This document shows positions 48,499-57,582 of a stretch of DNA of 64,000 nt, piece after piece. Below the pieces are notes generated by a model. That model searched no databases and was not told where the DNA came from. It worked only from the letters and a program-made list of their open reading frames with translations. The DNA comes from a virus (taxonomy: Duplodnaviria; Caudoviricetes): the IMG/VR virus record IMGVR_UViG_3300012665_000316, positions 17,287-81,286 of that record; one strand, 5' to 3'. The translations under genes were made by a program, and so were the position numbers. Every line of letters begins with the position of its first letter. Within the stretch, counting starts at the first letter, position 1.

Positions 48499-50886
48499 AT
48501 GGACGCTAATTTAGATAACATTGCTACCGAGCTGTACGGAAAAATACAAACACGTTTCCCATCGATAAAACTATCAGATGAGGAAGACAACGTATTGAGC
48601 AAAAAGGAAGATATTCCACGTGCTCGATTCTTTGAATTTGAATATTCAGAAGGTGGTCGCCCTATGGGCTCTATAACTATGACCCTTGATCAAAAGGACG
48701 GATTAGTTATAAATGTTAGCGGCGATCTAACAGATGATAGAACACAGTCTACACATCACAATGCTTACGAATGGATCAAATCTTTTAGGTCATTTGCTAA
48801 GGACAGACTTTTAAAATTTGACGCTACTAATATGGGCAAAAGCAACTTGGATAAAAGAGACTATCAGTTTCTTGCAAAACGTGGAGATGGTAACATGATG
48901 GAAAGTAAGTTATTTGGAACTGCACGAGTCAGTTACCAAGATCTAGGAGAAGCTAGATTGATTATCAAACATAATCAACCTGTGAACACAGATCTAGCCG
49001 CTGGCAGAACAATGCACATTGAATGCATTTATATTGAAAATGCTGCCGGTGAACGCTTTAAATACCCAACAAAAAGTATCAACGGTGCTCGTGCATTAGC
49101 AGAGCATATCAAACACGGTGGCATTCCATACGATGGCATTGGTAAACATATTATTGGTCTAAGTGAAGAATTAGCAAGTCTACGCAAGTTTAAAAATTAT
49201 GTAGGCCGACAAGATCAACTATCAGAAGCAATGGGCGATATTACTAGCAAAGTAATGGAACGTATTGAAGTTGTTAAAAAAGAAATTCATCAGTTACAAC
49301 GTCCAACATACTATCAACAATTTGCAGAAGCATTTGAAGAACAAGATGTTCGCGTGATTCCAGAAGATGTAATGTCAGACTGGGTTGATCGTTTAACTAT
49401 TCGTACATTTAACGAAGAATTAAAATCAGTATTTCCATACATTTATAAACTAGTAGATGATGTTGAGTTACCAGTTAAAGAATTAGGCTTTGATGATCTT
49501 TTAAGTGAAGATGACGTTGAGGAAGTAGAAGAAGAAACTACTGAAGGCTACGACCAGGAAGAGCAAGAATTAGAAGAATTCTTTAACAGCATGGTAAGCG
49601 AAGAAGAGAATGAACCAAACCGTTTGTTTAGCGATGACGAACCTACACAACAAAAAGCAATTGAAGATTTAAATGCAATCTTTAAGAACGGTGAATTAGA
49701 TAACGGTGGCGATGGCTTAAATGCTATTCAAACACTAAAAGGTATCATTGACGACGAAACACTAGCTAGTCAATTAAAAAATATCGATAGCGACTTAGAT
49801 GTGACAGCAGTTATTCAGGCGTTTTTAACACAGTATGATCAAGAAAACGGAACTGACATTGCTGAAAAAGTAGATTTCAATGGTGACGGTGATGAACCGG
49901 GTGCAATGGCAGGTGCTACACCTCCTGCGGCTCCAGAAGCACCTGCGGCTCCAGAAGCACCTGCGGCTCCAGAAGCACCAGTTGCCGCTGCTCCTGCAGA
50001 AGAAGAGCCAGCACCGGTAGCAGAAGGTGAAGACAGTAGCCCGCCTTGGGATACTGATGACCACGAAGCTCCTAAATTTAAGAAACCTACAAAAGATCCA
50101 AGAGATCGCGTACAAGCTCTAAGAAATCGTGGCTTACAAGCAGCCATTGCTCGAGCCAAAGATGCGGGCGCGAAGTTAGACACAACATTTACAGTTGGCG
50201 GTCGCCATATGACATTGCATGATGCAATTGAAGAGTGTGGCATGACTCCAATGGAATGCGGCTTTGACAATAACGGTAGTGACTTAAAAGCTATGAAGCA
50301 ATTCATGAGCGGCTTCTTTAATAGAGAAGAACGTAACATTACAATTGGTGGAGAGCGTTTAAAGATTAAATTGGAAAAAGAGTTTCCAGATGCTGACCCA
50401 CAAGATTTAGAAGCCGCATTTGGATTTATTGATAGAATTGATCCACCTGCTGATCTTAAACAACACAACGATATTGTTAGACTGTCCGGTATTAAAAATA
50501 CCCCAGTTGATGAAGAAATGCCAGGCGACAACATGGACATCGATGCTATGTTCAATCAGTTAAAAGGCATGCCCGGCGCTAAAGTAACTAATACATCATC
50601 AGGCAGTATCAACGGCAAGCCAGCTAGCTATAATGATGCAATGGCTCAAGCTAACAATATGAAATTTAAATTGCCTAAGTTTGGAGATGATGACACCGAA
50701 GGTGACGAAGTCTTAGACTTTAGTAATCCCGATAAAATTGGTCAAACAATTCAAAAGAAGATGGGCGGAATGATGCAAGGTGTTCAGAAACAAATGCCAA
50801 ATCAAAACGTACAATTCCCAGGCGGTCAAATGAATCCTGCAGACATGATGAAGGGCATCATGAGCAAAATAAATTTTGGAAAATAA
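48499..50886 (+). CDS. Large acidic hypothetical protein (start re-assigned to 48499)
   Basis: gATAAATA-taac-ATG; globular N-terminal half, acidic/PAAPEA linker, Met/Gly/Gln-rich C-terminus. Confidence 0.65.
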   Translation: MDANLDNIATELYGKIQTRFPSIKLSDEEDNVLSKKEDIPRARFFEFEYSEGGRPMGSITMTLDQKDGLVINVSGDLTDDRTQSTHHNAYEWIKSFRSFAKDRLLKFDATNMGKSNLDKRDYQFLAKRGDGNMMESKLFGTARVSYQDLGEARLIIKHNQPVNTDLAAGRTMHIECIYIENAAGERFKYPTKSINGARALAEHIKHGGIPYDGIGKHIIGLSEELASLRKFKNYVGRQDQLSEAMGDITSKVMERIEVVKKEIHQLQRPTYYQQFAEAFEEQDVRVIPEDVMSDWVDRLTIRTFNEELKSVFPYIYKLVDDVELPVKELGFDDLLSEDDVEEVEEETTEGYDQEEQELEEFFNSMVSEEENEPNRLFSDDEPTQQKAIEDLNAIFKNGELDNGGDGLNAIQTLKGIIDDETLASQLKNIDSDLDVTAVIQAFLTQYDQENGTDIAEKVDFNGDGDEPGAMAGATPPAAPEAPAAPEAPAAPEAPVAAAPAEEEPAPVAEGEDSSPPWDTDDHEAPKFKKPTKDPRDRVQALRNRGLQAAIARAKDAGAKLDTTFTVGGRHMTLHDAIEECGMTPMECGFDNNGSDLKAMKQFMSGFFNREERNITIGGERLKIKLEKEFPDADPQDLEAAFGFIDRIDPPADLKQHNDIVRLSGIKNTPVDEEMPGDNMDIDAMFNQLKGMPGAKVTNTSSGSINGKPASYNDAMAQANNMKFKLPKFGDDDTEGDEVLDFSNPDKIGQTIQKKMGGMMQGVQKQMPNQNVQFPGGQMNPADMMKGIMSKINFGK
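49924..49977 (+). repeat. 18-bp coding tandem repeat x3 (PAAPEA)
   Basis: cctgcggctccagaagca three times in tandem. Confidence 0.95.
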
Positions 50887-50887
50887 T

Positions 50888-51916
50888 ATGAAAACACTAC
50901 GCGACTATATTGATTTAGTAAATGAAAGGTTCAATCAAGCCTTATCAGAAAAAGTTACATTACCTGCAGACGGTAGTGCGCCAGTAACACAAACAGTTAA
51001 CGGTGTTACAATGAATGCGCCGGCGAACGCTGTTAAAACAGGTAGTGGCGGCGTGTTAACAACAAGTAATGGCGCAGCCGTTACTAGTGGAACTCCAGCT
51101 CCAGCTCCGGATGCAGTTGCAGCCGCTAAGGCTAAACTAACACCCAGCCAGTTAAAATGGCTAGGCGGTGCAGATGCAACGGATTCAGCAATTATGGCTC
51201 GTATGCCTAAGCCATTGCCTGGGGAACAAGTACCTGGTACTGCTCCTACAATGACAGCAGCCGATCAAGAAGATGCAGATATGGGAGCCGCAATGAAAGC
51301 TAATCAAGCAGCCGCCATTGGAGCTAATCAAGATGCAGAAGATTTAGCAATGGGACAAGCAATGACTCAAAATGCGGCACAAGCGGCAGCACTTGCCAGC
51401 GGCGCACAAGACGATGCGACAGGCGTTGACGCAGCCGTAGCAGCCAATGCGGCAGCGCCAGCAGTATCACAATCAGCTCAAGCAGCCCCGGCAGCGGCCG
51501 GTAAAGTTCCACCACAACCGACATTGGGTGGCAAACCATCAACTGGTCCTAAGGGTCAAGCATGGTTACAAAAATACGGTGCAACCCATAATCCAGATGG
51601 TTCGCCAAAGACAGCAGGCGGTGCTCCGGCAGCGGCAGCTAAACCTGCGGCCCCTGCTCCATATAATGCGGCTAAAGATAGCCAACTGGCCAATGCTGCC
51701 ATGCCAAATGCAGGTGTATCTGCTGGCGCTGGACGTGGTGGACAAGGTGGGCCAACAGCCGCACAAAATGCTGAAAGAACATTCAATGCCGCTAAAGATA
51801 GCCAAGCAGCCAATGTTGCTAAAGAAGGCAGAACTGCTCGTAATGACCATGCGTTCATCGATGAGTTAAATGCAATGCGTTCAATTGCTGGACTACCAAC
51901 AAAAAACAAATGGTAA
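50888..51916 (+). CDS. Ala-rich low-complexity protein, candidate internal head protein (start 50888, MKTLRDYIDLVNE)
   Basis: GGA RBS before 50888; internal repeats (Y/F)NAAKDSQxAN at about 51665 and 51785. Confidence 0.6.
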   Translation: MKTLRDYIDLVNERFNQALSEKVTLPADGSAPVTQTVNGVTMNAPANAVKTGSGGVLTTSNGAAVTSGTPAPAPDAVAAAKAKLTPSQLKWLGGADATDSAIMARMPKPLPGEQVPGTAPTMTAADQEDADMGAAMKANQAAAIGANQDAEDLAMGQAMTQNAAQAAALASGAQDDATGVDAAVAANAAAPAVSQSAQAAPAAAGKVPPQPTLGGKPSTGPKGQAWLQKYGATHNPDGSPKTAGGAPAAAAKPAAPAPYNAAKDSQLANAAMPNAGVSAGAGRGGQGGPTAAQNAERTFNAAKDSQAANVAKEGRTARNDHAFIDELNAMRSIAGLPTKNKW

Positions 51917-51932
51917 AATAAACCACATTTAG

Positions 51933-52020
51933 AGCAAGATTCCTCTTGCTTTACTAAATAAAAGTGCGTACAATAACATGTATGCACTTTTTTACTTTAC
52001 AATGGTGTAAAGTGAATTAT
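51933..52020 (+). promoter_or_regulatory. gp32 upstream region: three consecutive hairpins overlapping a sigma70-type promoter
   Basis: agcaaga-ttcc-tcttgct; aaaagtgcgtac..gtatgcactttt plus T-tract; tttactttac..gtaaagtgaa; TTGCTT(51946)-17-TACAAT(51969). Confidence 0.6.
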
Positions 52021-52063
52021 AGGCAAACTTAAATTAAACATAGGCTATTACAGGAGAAAAACT

Positions 52064-53035
52064 ATGGCATCGTTAGCAGAAATCAGAGCAAAGCTCAAGG
52101 CAGCAGAAAACAAAGGTACAGACAATAACAGAACAGGTGGAGACAATTCCATTTATCCGTTCTGGAACCTTAAAGAAGGGCAAGAAGCATCACTACGCTT
52201 CCTCCCAGATGGTAATCAAGACAATACGTTCTTCTGGGCAGAACGTGCAATGATCAAACTACCTTTCGCAGGTGTTAAAGGTCAAACAGAATCCAAACCA
52301 GCAATTGTTCAAGTTCCGTGCATGGAAATGTATGGCGAATCTTGCCCAATCTTGAATGAAGTTCGCGCATGGTTCAAGGATCCAAGTCTTGAAGATATGG
52401 GTCGTAAGTATTGGAAGAAACGCAGTTACATTTTCCAAGGTTTCGTTGTAGAAGACGGACTTAAGGAAGAACAGCGTCCAGAGAATCCAATCCGTAGATT
52501 CATCATTGGTCCACAGATCTTTACAAGTATTCGTGCCGCATTGGTAGATCCAGAGTTGGAAGACTTGCCAACTGATTACATTCACGGTATCGATTACCGC
52601 ATGAAGAAAGGTTCAAAAGGCGGCTACGCTGACTACTCAACATCGAGTTGGGCACGTCGTGAGCGTCCACTAAGTGACGAAGAACAAGCCGCTATCAAGC
52701 AGTATGGTTTGTTTAACTTGAATGATTACTTGCCTAAGAAACCAAGTGAAGTAGAAGTCAAGGTTATGAAAGAAATGTTTGAAGCATCAGTTGATGGTGA
52801 AGCATTTGACATGGACCGTTGGGGACAATACTTCAAACCAGCTGGCATGAGCCAGAACACTGGTGATCCTCAAAAGTCGGCTCCTAAGGCATCAGCGCCT
52901 GCGGCAAGTGATGACTATGATGACGAACCAGCACCAAAGGCAGCGCCTGCTCCAGCACCAGCGGCTGACAGCACAGGTACTGGCGACTCACGTGCCCAAG
53001 ACATCTTGGCAATGATTCGCAATCGTCAGAAGTAA
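52064..53035 (+). CDS. gp32: Single-stranded DNA-binding protein
   Basis: RFLP...F...PC.E.YG..CP....V..W...YW.K..Y.....V..D...F..G..I; acidic C-terminal tail. Confidence 0.9.
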   Translation: MASLAEIRAKLKAAENKGTDNNRTGGDNSIYPFWNLKEGQEASLRFLPDGNQDNTFFWAERAMIKLPFAGVKGQTESKPAIVQVPCMEMYGESCPILNEVRAWFKDPSLEDMGRKYWKKRSYIFQGFVVEDGLKEEQRPENPIRRFIIGPQIFTSIRAALVDPELEDLPTDYIHGIDYRMKKGSKGGYADYSTSSWARRERPLSDEEQAAIKQYGLFNLNDYLPKKPSEVEVKVMKEMFEASVDGEAFDMDRWGQYFKPAGMSQNTGDPQKSAPKASAPAASDDYDDEPAPKAAPAPAPAADSTGTGDSRAQDILAMIRNRQK

Positions 53036-53037
53036 AA

Positions 53038-53059
53038 TAAGGGGACTTTGGTCCCCTTA
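53038..53059 (+). terminator. GC hairpin between gp32 and uvsX (weak terminator or stabiliser)
   Basis: taaggggac-tttg-gtcccctta; no strong U-tract. Confidence 0.5.
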
Positions 53060-53085
53060 AATCATCATTTAGGAGAAATACAAAT

Positions 53086-54144
53086 ATGGCTACAAAAGCC
53101 TTCGATTTATCGAAATTTCGTAAGACCTTGACTAAAAGCATTGACGGTCTAGGCATTGGGTTCAATGACCCAACTGATTGGGTTAGCACAGGAAACTTTG
53201 CTCTCAATTACCTTATTAGTGGCGACTTTAACAAGGGCATTCCGTTGGGTAAGGTTACTGTATTTGCCGGCGAATCAGGCGCTGGTAAATCATATATTTG
53301 TTCCGGTAACATTGTTAAACACGCACAAGAACAAGGCATTTATGTTATCCTAGTCGATAGCGAAAACGCTTTGGATGAGAAGTGGTTACACAATCTTGGC
53401 GTAGATACAAGTGAAGAAAAATTGCTTAAACTCAACATGGCTATGATTGATGATGTGGCTAAAACCATTCATGAATTCATGACAGAGTACAAGGCAATGA
53501 CAGAGCGTCCTAAGGTCTTATTTGTCATAGACTCATTGGGTATGTTGCTTACCCCTACCGATATCAACCAGTTTGAAGCGGGAGATCTAAAAGGCGACAT
53601 GGGTCGTAAACCCAAAGCACTTACAGCATTAGTGCGTAATTGCGTAAACATGTTTGGTAACTATAATGTAGGTATGGTTTGTACAAATCACACGTATGCG
53701 TCACAGGACATGTTTGATCCAGATGACAAGATTAGCGGTGGACAAGGCTTTGTCTATGCTTCTAGTATTGTTGTTGCTATGAAAAAATTGAAGTTGAAAG
53801 AAGACGAAGACGGTAACAAGACTAGTGAAGTAAACGGTATTAGAGCCGCTTGCAAAATCATGAAGACTCGTTATGCTAAACCTTTTGAAACACTTCAAAT
53901 TAAAATTCCGTATGAACAAGGTATGAATCCTTACTCGGGTCTAGTTGACTTGTGTGAGAAAGCTGGCTTGTTGGTGCAGAGTGGAAACAGACTAGCATGG
54001 GTTGATCCAGAGACAGGTGAGGAATTCAAATTCTACCGAAAAGAATGGAAAGATGATAAATTAGATATGTTAATGGCAAAATTTCATATCAAACCTTTAA
54101 CAACAACTACCATTCCAGAGGAGATAAACGAGAATGTTGAATGA
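53086..54144 (+). CDS. uvsX: RecA-like recombinase
   Basis: STGN.ALN..ISG...GIP.G..T..AGESGAGKS, VDSENALD, VIDSLG, NHTY, SGG.G..YASS. Confidence 0.93.
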   Translation: MATKAFDLSKFRKTLTKSIDGLGIGFNDPTDWVSTGNFALNYLISGDFNKGIPLGKVTVFAGESGAGKSYICSGNIVKHAQEQGIYVILVDSENALDEKWLHNLGVDTSEEKLLKLNMAMIDDVAKTIHEFMTEYKAMTERPKVLFVIDSLGMLLTPTDINQFEAGDLKGDMGRKPKALTALVRNCVNMFGNYNVGMVCTNHTYASQDMFDPDDKISGGQGFVYASSIVVAMKKLKLKEDEDGNKTSEVNGIRAACKIMKTRYAKPFETLQIKIPYEQGMNPYSGLVDLCEKAGLLVQSGNRLAWVDPETGEEFKFYRKEWKDDKLDMLMAKFHIKPLTTTTIPEEINENVE

Positions 54145-54370
54145 AACACAAATTGCTGACGTATGGTTGCTTTTCAGCGAATTTATCGATAAAAAACAAC
54201 TAGAAGCAGTAGCAGAACGCTACGTTGATCTACTTGCAGATCTCGGTGTTAGTGACCGTGCGTTGCAAGGTGCAACAGGAAACGATGAGTATCTTGATGC
54301 TGCCGTTGCTTACTATCTTGAAGATAGCGAGAATGCAGAAGAAGATAACGATTACGACGAATTGGAATAA
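54134..54370 (+). CDS. Hypothetical acidic protein (78 aa)
   Basis: Overlaps the uvsX stop; GGAG RBS. Confidence 0.65.
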   Translation: MLNETQIADVWLLFSEFIDKKQLEAVAERYVDLLADLGVSDRALQGATGNDEYLDAAVAYYLEDSENAEEDNDYDELE

Positions 54371-54372
54371 TA

Positions 54373-54828
54373 ATGGGTTGGTACTCTGACATTGCAAAGG
54401 ATATTAGTAATATTCCTAGCGCAGTAAATTTTTATGAAGCAGAATTGCTTGCGGCTCGTACTGAGGTAAAAATTGTTGGCAACATTGAAAAAAATGCCGC
54501 AAATATGCCAGGTGTAGTTGAGCACAGGTTTAATCAACTTCAAGAAATTGAAGCAATTTTAGAGTATTTAAACATTGAACTCCGTAGATTGCGTAGTCAG
54601 CATTTTCGAAAGTATCTTGAAAATTATCAACGTGCGCTGACCAGTCGAGATGTTGAAAAATATGTCGACGGTGAAAGTGATGTTGTAGATTTTGAAAAGA
54701 TTATAAATGAATTTGCCTTGTTGAGAAATAAGTGGTTAGGTATTACTAAAGCACTTGATCAAAAACAATGGCAAATTACTAATGTAATTAAATTGCGTGT
54801 TGCAGGAATGGAAGACGCAACTCTTTAA
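54373..54828 (+). CDS. uvsY: Recombination mediator (UvsY-like)
   Basis: Helical; RALTSRD..KY.DGE..V....I.......KW...I.KALDQK.W pattern; located between uvsX and uvsW. Confidence 0.8.
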   Translation: MGWYSDIAKDISNIPSAVNFYEAELLAARTEVKIVGNIEKNAANMPGVVEHRFNQLQEIEAILEYLNIELRRLRSQHFRKYLENYQRALTSRDVEKYVDGESDVVDFEKIINEFALLRNKWLGITKALDQKQWQITNVIKLRVAGMEDATL

Positions 54829-54852
54829 ACTCATTTGCTCAAAAGTTACCTT

Positions 54853-54886
54853 ATAGGCCTTAAATAATATTGAGGCCTATTTTTTT
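54853..54886 (+). terminator. Intrinsic terminator after uvsY
   Basis: ataggcctt..gaggcctat followed by a T-tract. Confidence 0.75.
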
Positions 54887-54895
54887 GTCAAAGAT

Positions 54896-54924
54896 TTGAC
54901 CTTTGAATATAAAGAATGTATAAT
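54896..54924 (+). promoter_or_regulatory. Consensus-like sigma70 promoter with extended -10
   Basis: TTGACC-17 bp-TATAAT, with TG immediately before the -10; ATG at 54931. Confidence 0.8.
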
Positions 54925-54930
54925 ATACAT

Positions 54931-56121
54931 ATGAACATTGATACACTACTATTAGAAATTGAAAGGGCAGGCTTTCAGAATTTGCCTAAATCAGTTCCTG
55001 GAAAAGATATTAAAATATTAAAAAATCTTTGCTCGTCTATTTCAGGCCCAAATTACATAACTGAAAATCAATCACGATTATTGGTTAAAATTCTCAAAGA
55101 AAATGTTCAGCATTTGCCTATTGATAACTCGATAGTTGAGTTAGCGTTAGCAACTCCTACCTGGGCAAAGACATTTCGACAAGTTGATCAAACTAAAAAA
55201 TTGTTTATTGGAAAAGATATTCAAGGCGATTTAACACTAGTACTCGAAGTTGCATTTAACGCAAATTTGAAGAAAATATTGAAAAATTTAGGCAGTGAGT
55301 GTGACGGAAATTTAGTCACATCAAATGGCAGAGTGTTTTTAACAGACCTAACTGAAAAAAATATTGTACTGTTAGTTGATACACTTATGCCAGAAGGATT
55401 TGAAATTGATCGAACAATCATTGATCACTATAATACCATAAAATCATGGAAAATTGAAGAAATTCAAAGTCGATATTTTACAGAAAATTTAATTGACACT
55501 AACTTATATAAGTCGCTGGTCACTGACATAGGTGAGTTAGCAACTGCAAACATTGATGTTATTCAGGACCGAAGTGTTCGATATCAGTACAATATCAACA
55601 CCCCAAAAAGTACCGAAAAAACACTAAAAAATCAGATAATTTTTCGAAACAATCCAAAGGTGTGGATTGACTCAAATGCCGTAACCTTGCAAGAAGTAAT
55701 TGCAGAACTTCAATCTATTAACAGATTCCCATTGCTACTAGTCATTGAAAGTCATGTACAGCCTAAGGCATTAGAATTTCTAAAAACTATCGATTCTGCA
55801 TTGCAAGATTGTAATATTACTGATAGTGTCGGGGTATATTTTAGACTAGACAACGATCCAATTGGCAAAGAATTTAATACGCTAATTGCAGAAAGAAAGT
55901 ATAATACAGTACTAGATGAGAACACAAAAATTGCCTGCGTATCAAATGGAAAAATACCAAAATTTTTCATTAAATCTGCCTGGAAGCCAAAGGCAGTTAT
56001 ATCCATTGGCACAACCTTGCGACATAGTAAAACTTCAGTGTATGCTAACTGCTGTGACTTAATCGTATCATATCATCACACAGAATCATTGATGGAATTC
56101 AGGCCCAACCTATGTCCGTAA
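54931..56121 (+). CDS. Hypothetical protein preceding uvsW (start re-assigned to 54931)
   Basis: The ORF-track ATG at 54916 lies inside the promoter; the stop overlaps the uvsW start. Confidence 0.65.
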   Translation: MNIDTLLLEIERAGFQNLPKSVPGKDIKILKNLCSSISGPNYITENQSRLLVKILKENVQHLPIDNSIVELALATPTWAKTFRQVDQTKKLFIGKDIQGDLTLVLEVAFNANLKKILKNLGSECDGNLVTSNGRVFLTDLTEKNIVLLVDTLMPEGFEIDRTIIDHYNTIKSWKIEEIQSRYFTENLIDTNLYKSLVTDIGELATANIDVIQDRSVRYQYNINTPKSTEKTLKNQIIFRNNPKVWIDSNAVTLQEVIAELQSINRFPLLLVIESHVQPKALEFLKTIDSALQDCNITDSVGVYFRLDNDPIGKEFNTLIAERKYNTVLDENTKIACVSNGKIPKFFIKSAWKPKAVISIGTTLRHSKTSVYANCCDLIVSYHHTESLMEFRPNLCP

Positions 56122-57578
56122 AACTTATTATACAAGACGAAGTAAACATCAAATTTGAAGGTTTGCCGTTAGACGCTCGTAAGAAATTAGCTAATACATT
56201 TAAGTATGAAATTCCTTACGCACGATATCATCCCGCATTTAAATTAGGTCGATGGGACGGCATGGTCAGTTTGTTTGGCCTCGGCGGCACTGGATATCTT
56301 AATCAGTTAGAAAAGGTGTTAGACATCTTAACTAAGATGGGGGTTCATGTTGAAGATGTAGATGACCGTAGACAAACTAATCACATTTCTTTTACACCCG
56401 TAACAGAAACTTACTGGGCAGACTTAGGAAAAACTTGGCCTAAAGGTCATCCGCAAGAAGGTCAACCGATTATGTTGCGCGACTATCAAGTTGACGCAAT
56501 TAATACGTTTTTAACAAATCATCAGGCACTACAAGAAATTGCAACTGGTGCAGGCAAAACAATTACAACTGCTACACTATCGCATGTCTGCGAAACATTA
56601 GGTAGAACGATTACCATTGTACCTAATAAATCACTAGTAGAACAAACAGAGGAAGACTTTGTCAACGTTGGCTTAGATGTAGGTGTTTATTACGGCGATC
56701 GCAAAGATTTAGGAAAAACGCATACCATTTGTACTTGGCAAAGTTTAAACATTCTCGAAAAGAAAAGTAAAAATCACGAGCATGATATTCTTACTTTAGC
56801 AGAATTTCTTGATGGTGTTAAAACTGTTATTGTTGACGAAGTACACATGGCCAAAGCAGAAGTACTAAAGAATTTGCTCACTCAAAACTTAAACAATGCC
56901 GCAATACGTTGGGGACTAACCGGAACTGTTCCTAAAGAAAAATTTGAGTCAGAAAGTATATTTGCATCTATTGGACCAGTAGTAGGTAGCATTAAAGCAC
57001 ATGAACTACAGGACAAAGGTGTGTTATCAACGTGTCATGTAAACGTAGTACAAATGATTGATTTACCAGAATTTAGTACATACGCAGAAGAATTAAAATA
57101 TCTTGTCACTGACGATGACAGGATGATCTATATAAGCAAACTAATTAAAAAAATCTCACTTACAGGCAATACATTAGTTCTAGTAAACAGAATTGATTCA
57201 GGCAAATTTTTAATAAACGAAATAGACGATGCAGTTTTTATTTCAGGTGAAGTAAAAACAAAAGATCGAAAAGAAGAATATGACGAAATTAAAACAAGTG
57301 ATAACAAAATTATTGTTGCAACCTATGGTGTCGCCGCTGTTGGTATCAATATACCTCGTATCTTTAATTTGGTTCTTTTGGAGCCTGGCAAATCGTTTGT
57401 TAGAGTTATTCAGTCGATAGGCCGAGGCATTCGAAAAGCAGAAGATAAAGATTTTGTACAAATCTGGGATTTAACTTCTACTTGCAAGTATGCTAAACGC
57501 CATCTAACCGAAAGGAAGAAATTTTACAAGGAAGCCAGATACCCTTTCACAATCGAAAAGATTGATTGGCACAAATAA
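56112..57578 (+). CDS. uvsW: SF2 DNA helicase (UvsW-like)
   Basis: LRDYQ, ATGAGKT, IVDEVH, GLTGT, G.NIP, QSIGRG.R motifs. Confidence 0.9.
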   Translation: MSVKLIIQDEVNIKFEGLPLDARKKLANTFKYEIPYARYHPAFKLGRWDGMVSLFGLGGTGYLNQLEKVLDILTKMGVHVEDVDDRRQTNHISFTPVTETYWADLGKTWPKGHPQEGQPIMLRDYQVDAINTFLTNHQALQEIATGAGKTITTATLSHVCETLGRTITIVPNKSLVEQTEEDFVNVGLDVGVYYGDRKDLGKTHTICTWQSLNILEKKSKNHEHDILTLAEFLDGVKTVIVDEVHMAKAEVLKNLLTQNLNNAAIRWGLTGTVPKEKFESESIFASIGPVVGSIKAHELQDKGVLSTCHVNVVQMIDLPEFSTYAEELKYLVTDDDRMIYISKLIKKISLTGNTLVLVNRIDSGKFLINEIDDAVFISGEVKTKDRKEEYDEIKTSDNKIIVATYGVAAVGINIPRIFNLVLLEPGKSFVRVIQSIGRGIRKAEDKDFVQIWDLTSTCKYAKRHLTERKKFYKEARYPFTIEKIDWHK

Positions 57579-57582
57579 GACA

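Noticed and set aside
49924-49977. 18-bp triple repeat considered as a mini-CRISPR
   Set aside because: No spacers; in-frame PAAPEA linker; no cas genes.
49825-51987. Antisense and alternate-frame ORFs (49839..50555, 51447..51869, 51556..51987)
   Set aside because: Explained by the low-complexity Ala/Pro codons of the sense genes; no independent signals.
46893-57578. Introns or inteins in terL, uvsX or uvsW
   Set aside because: All have ordinary lengths with contiguous motifs and no splice-junction signatures.
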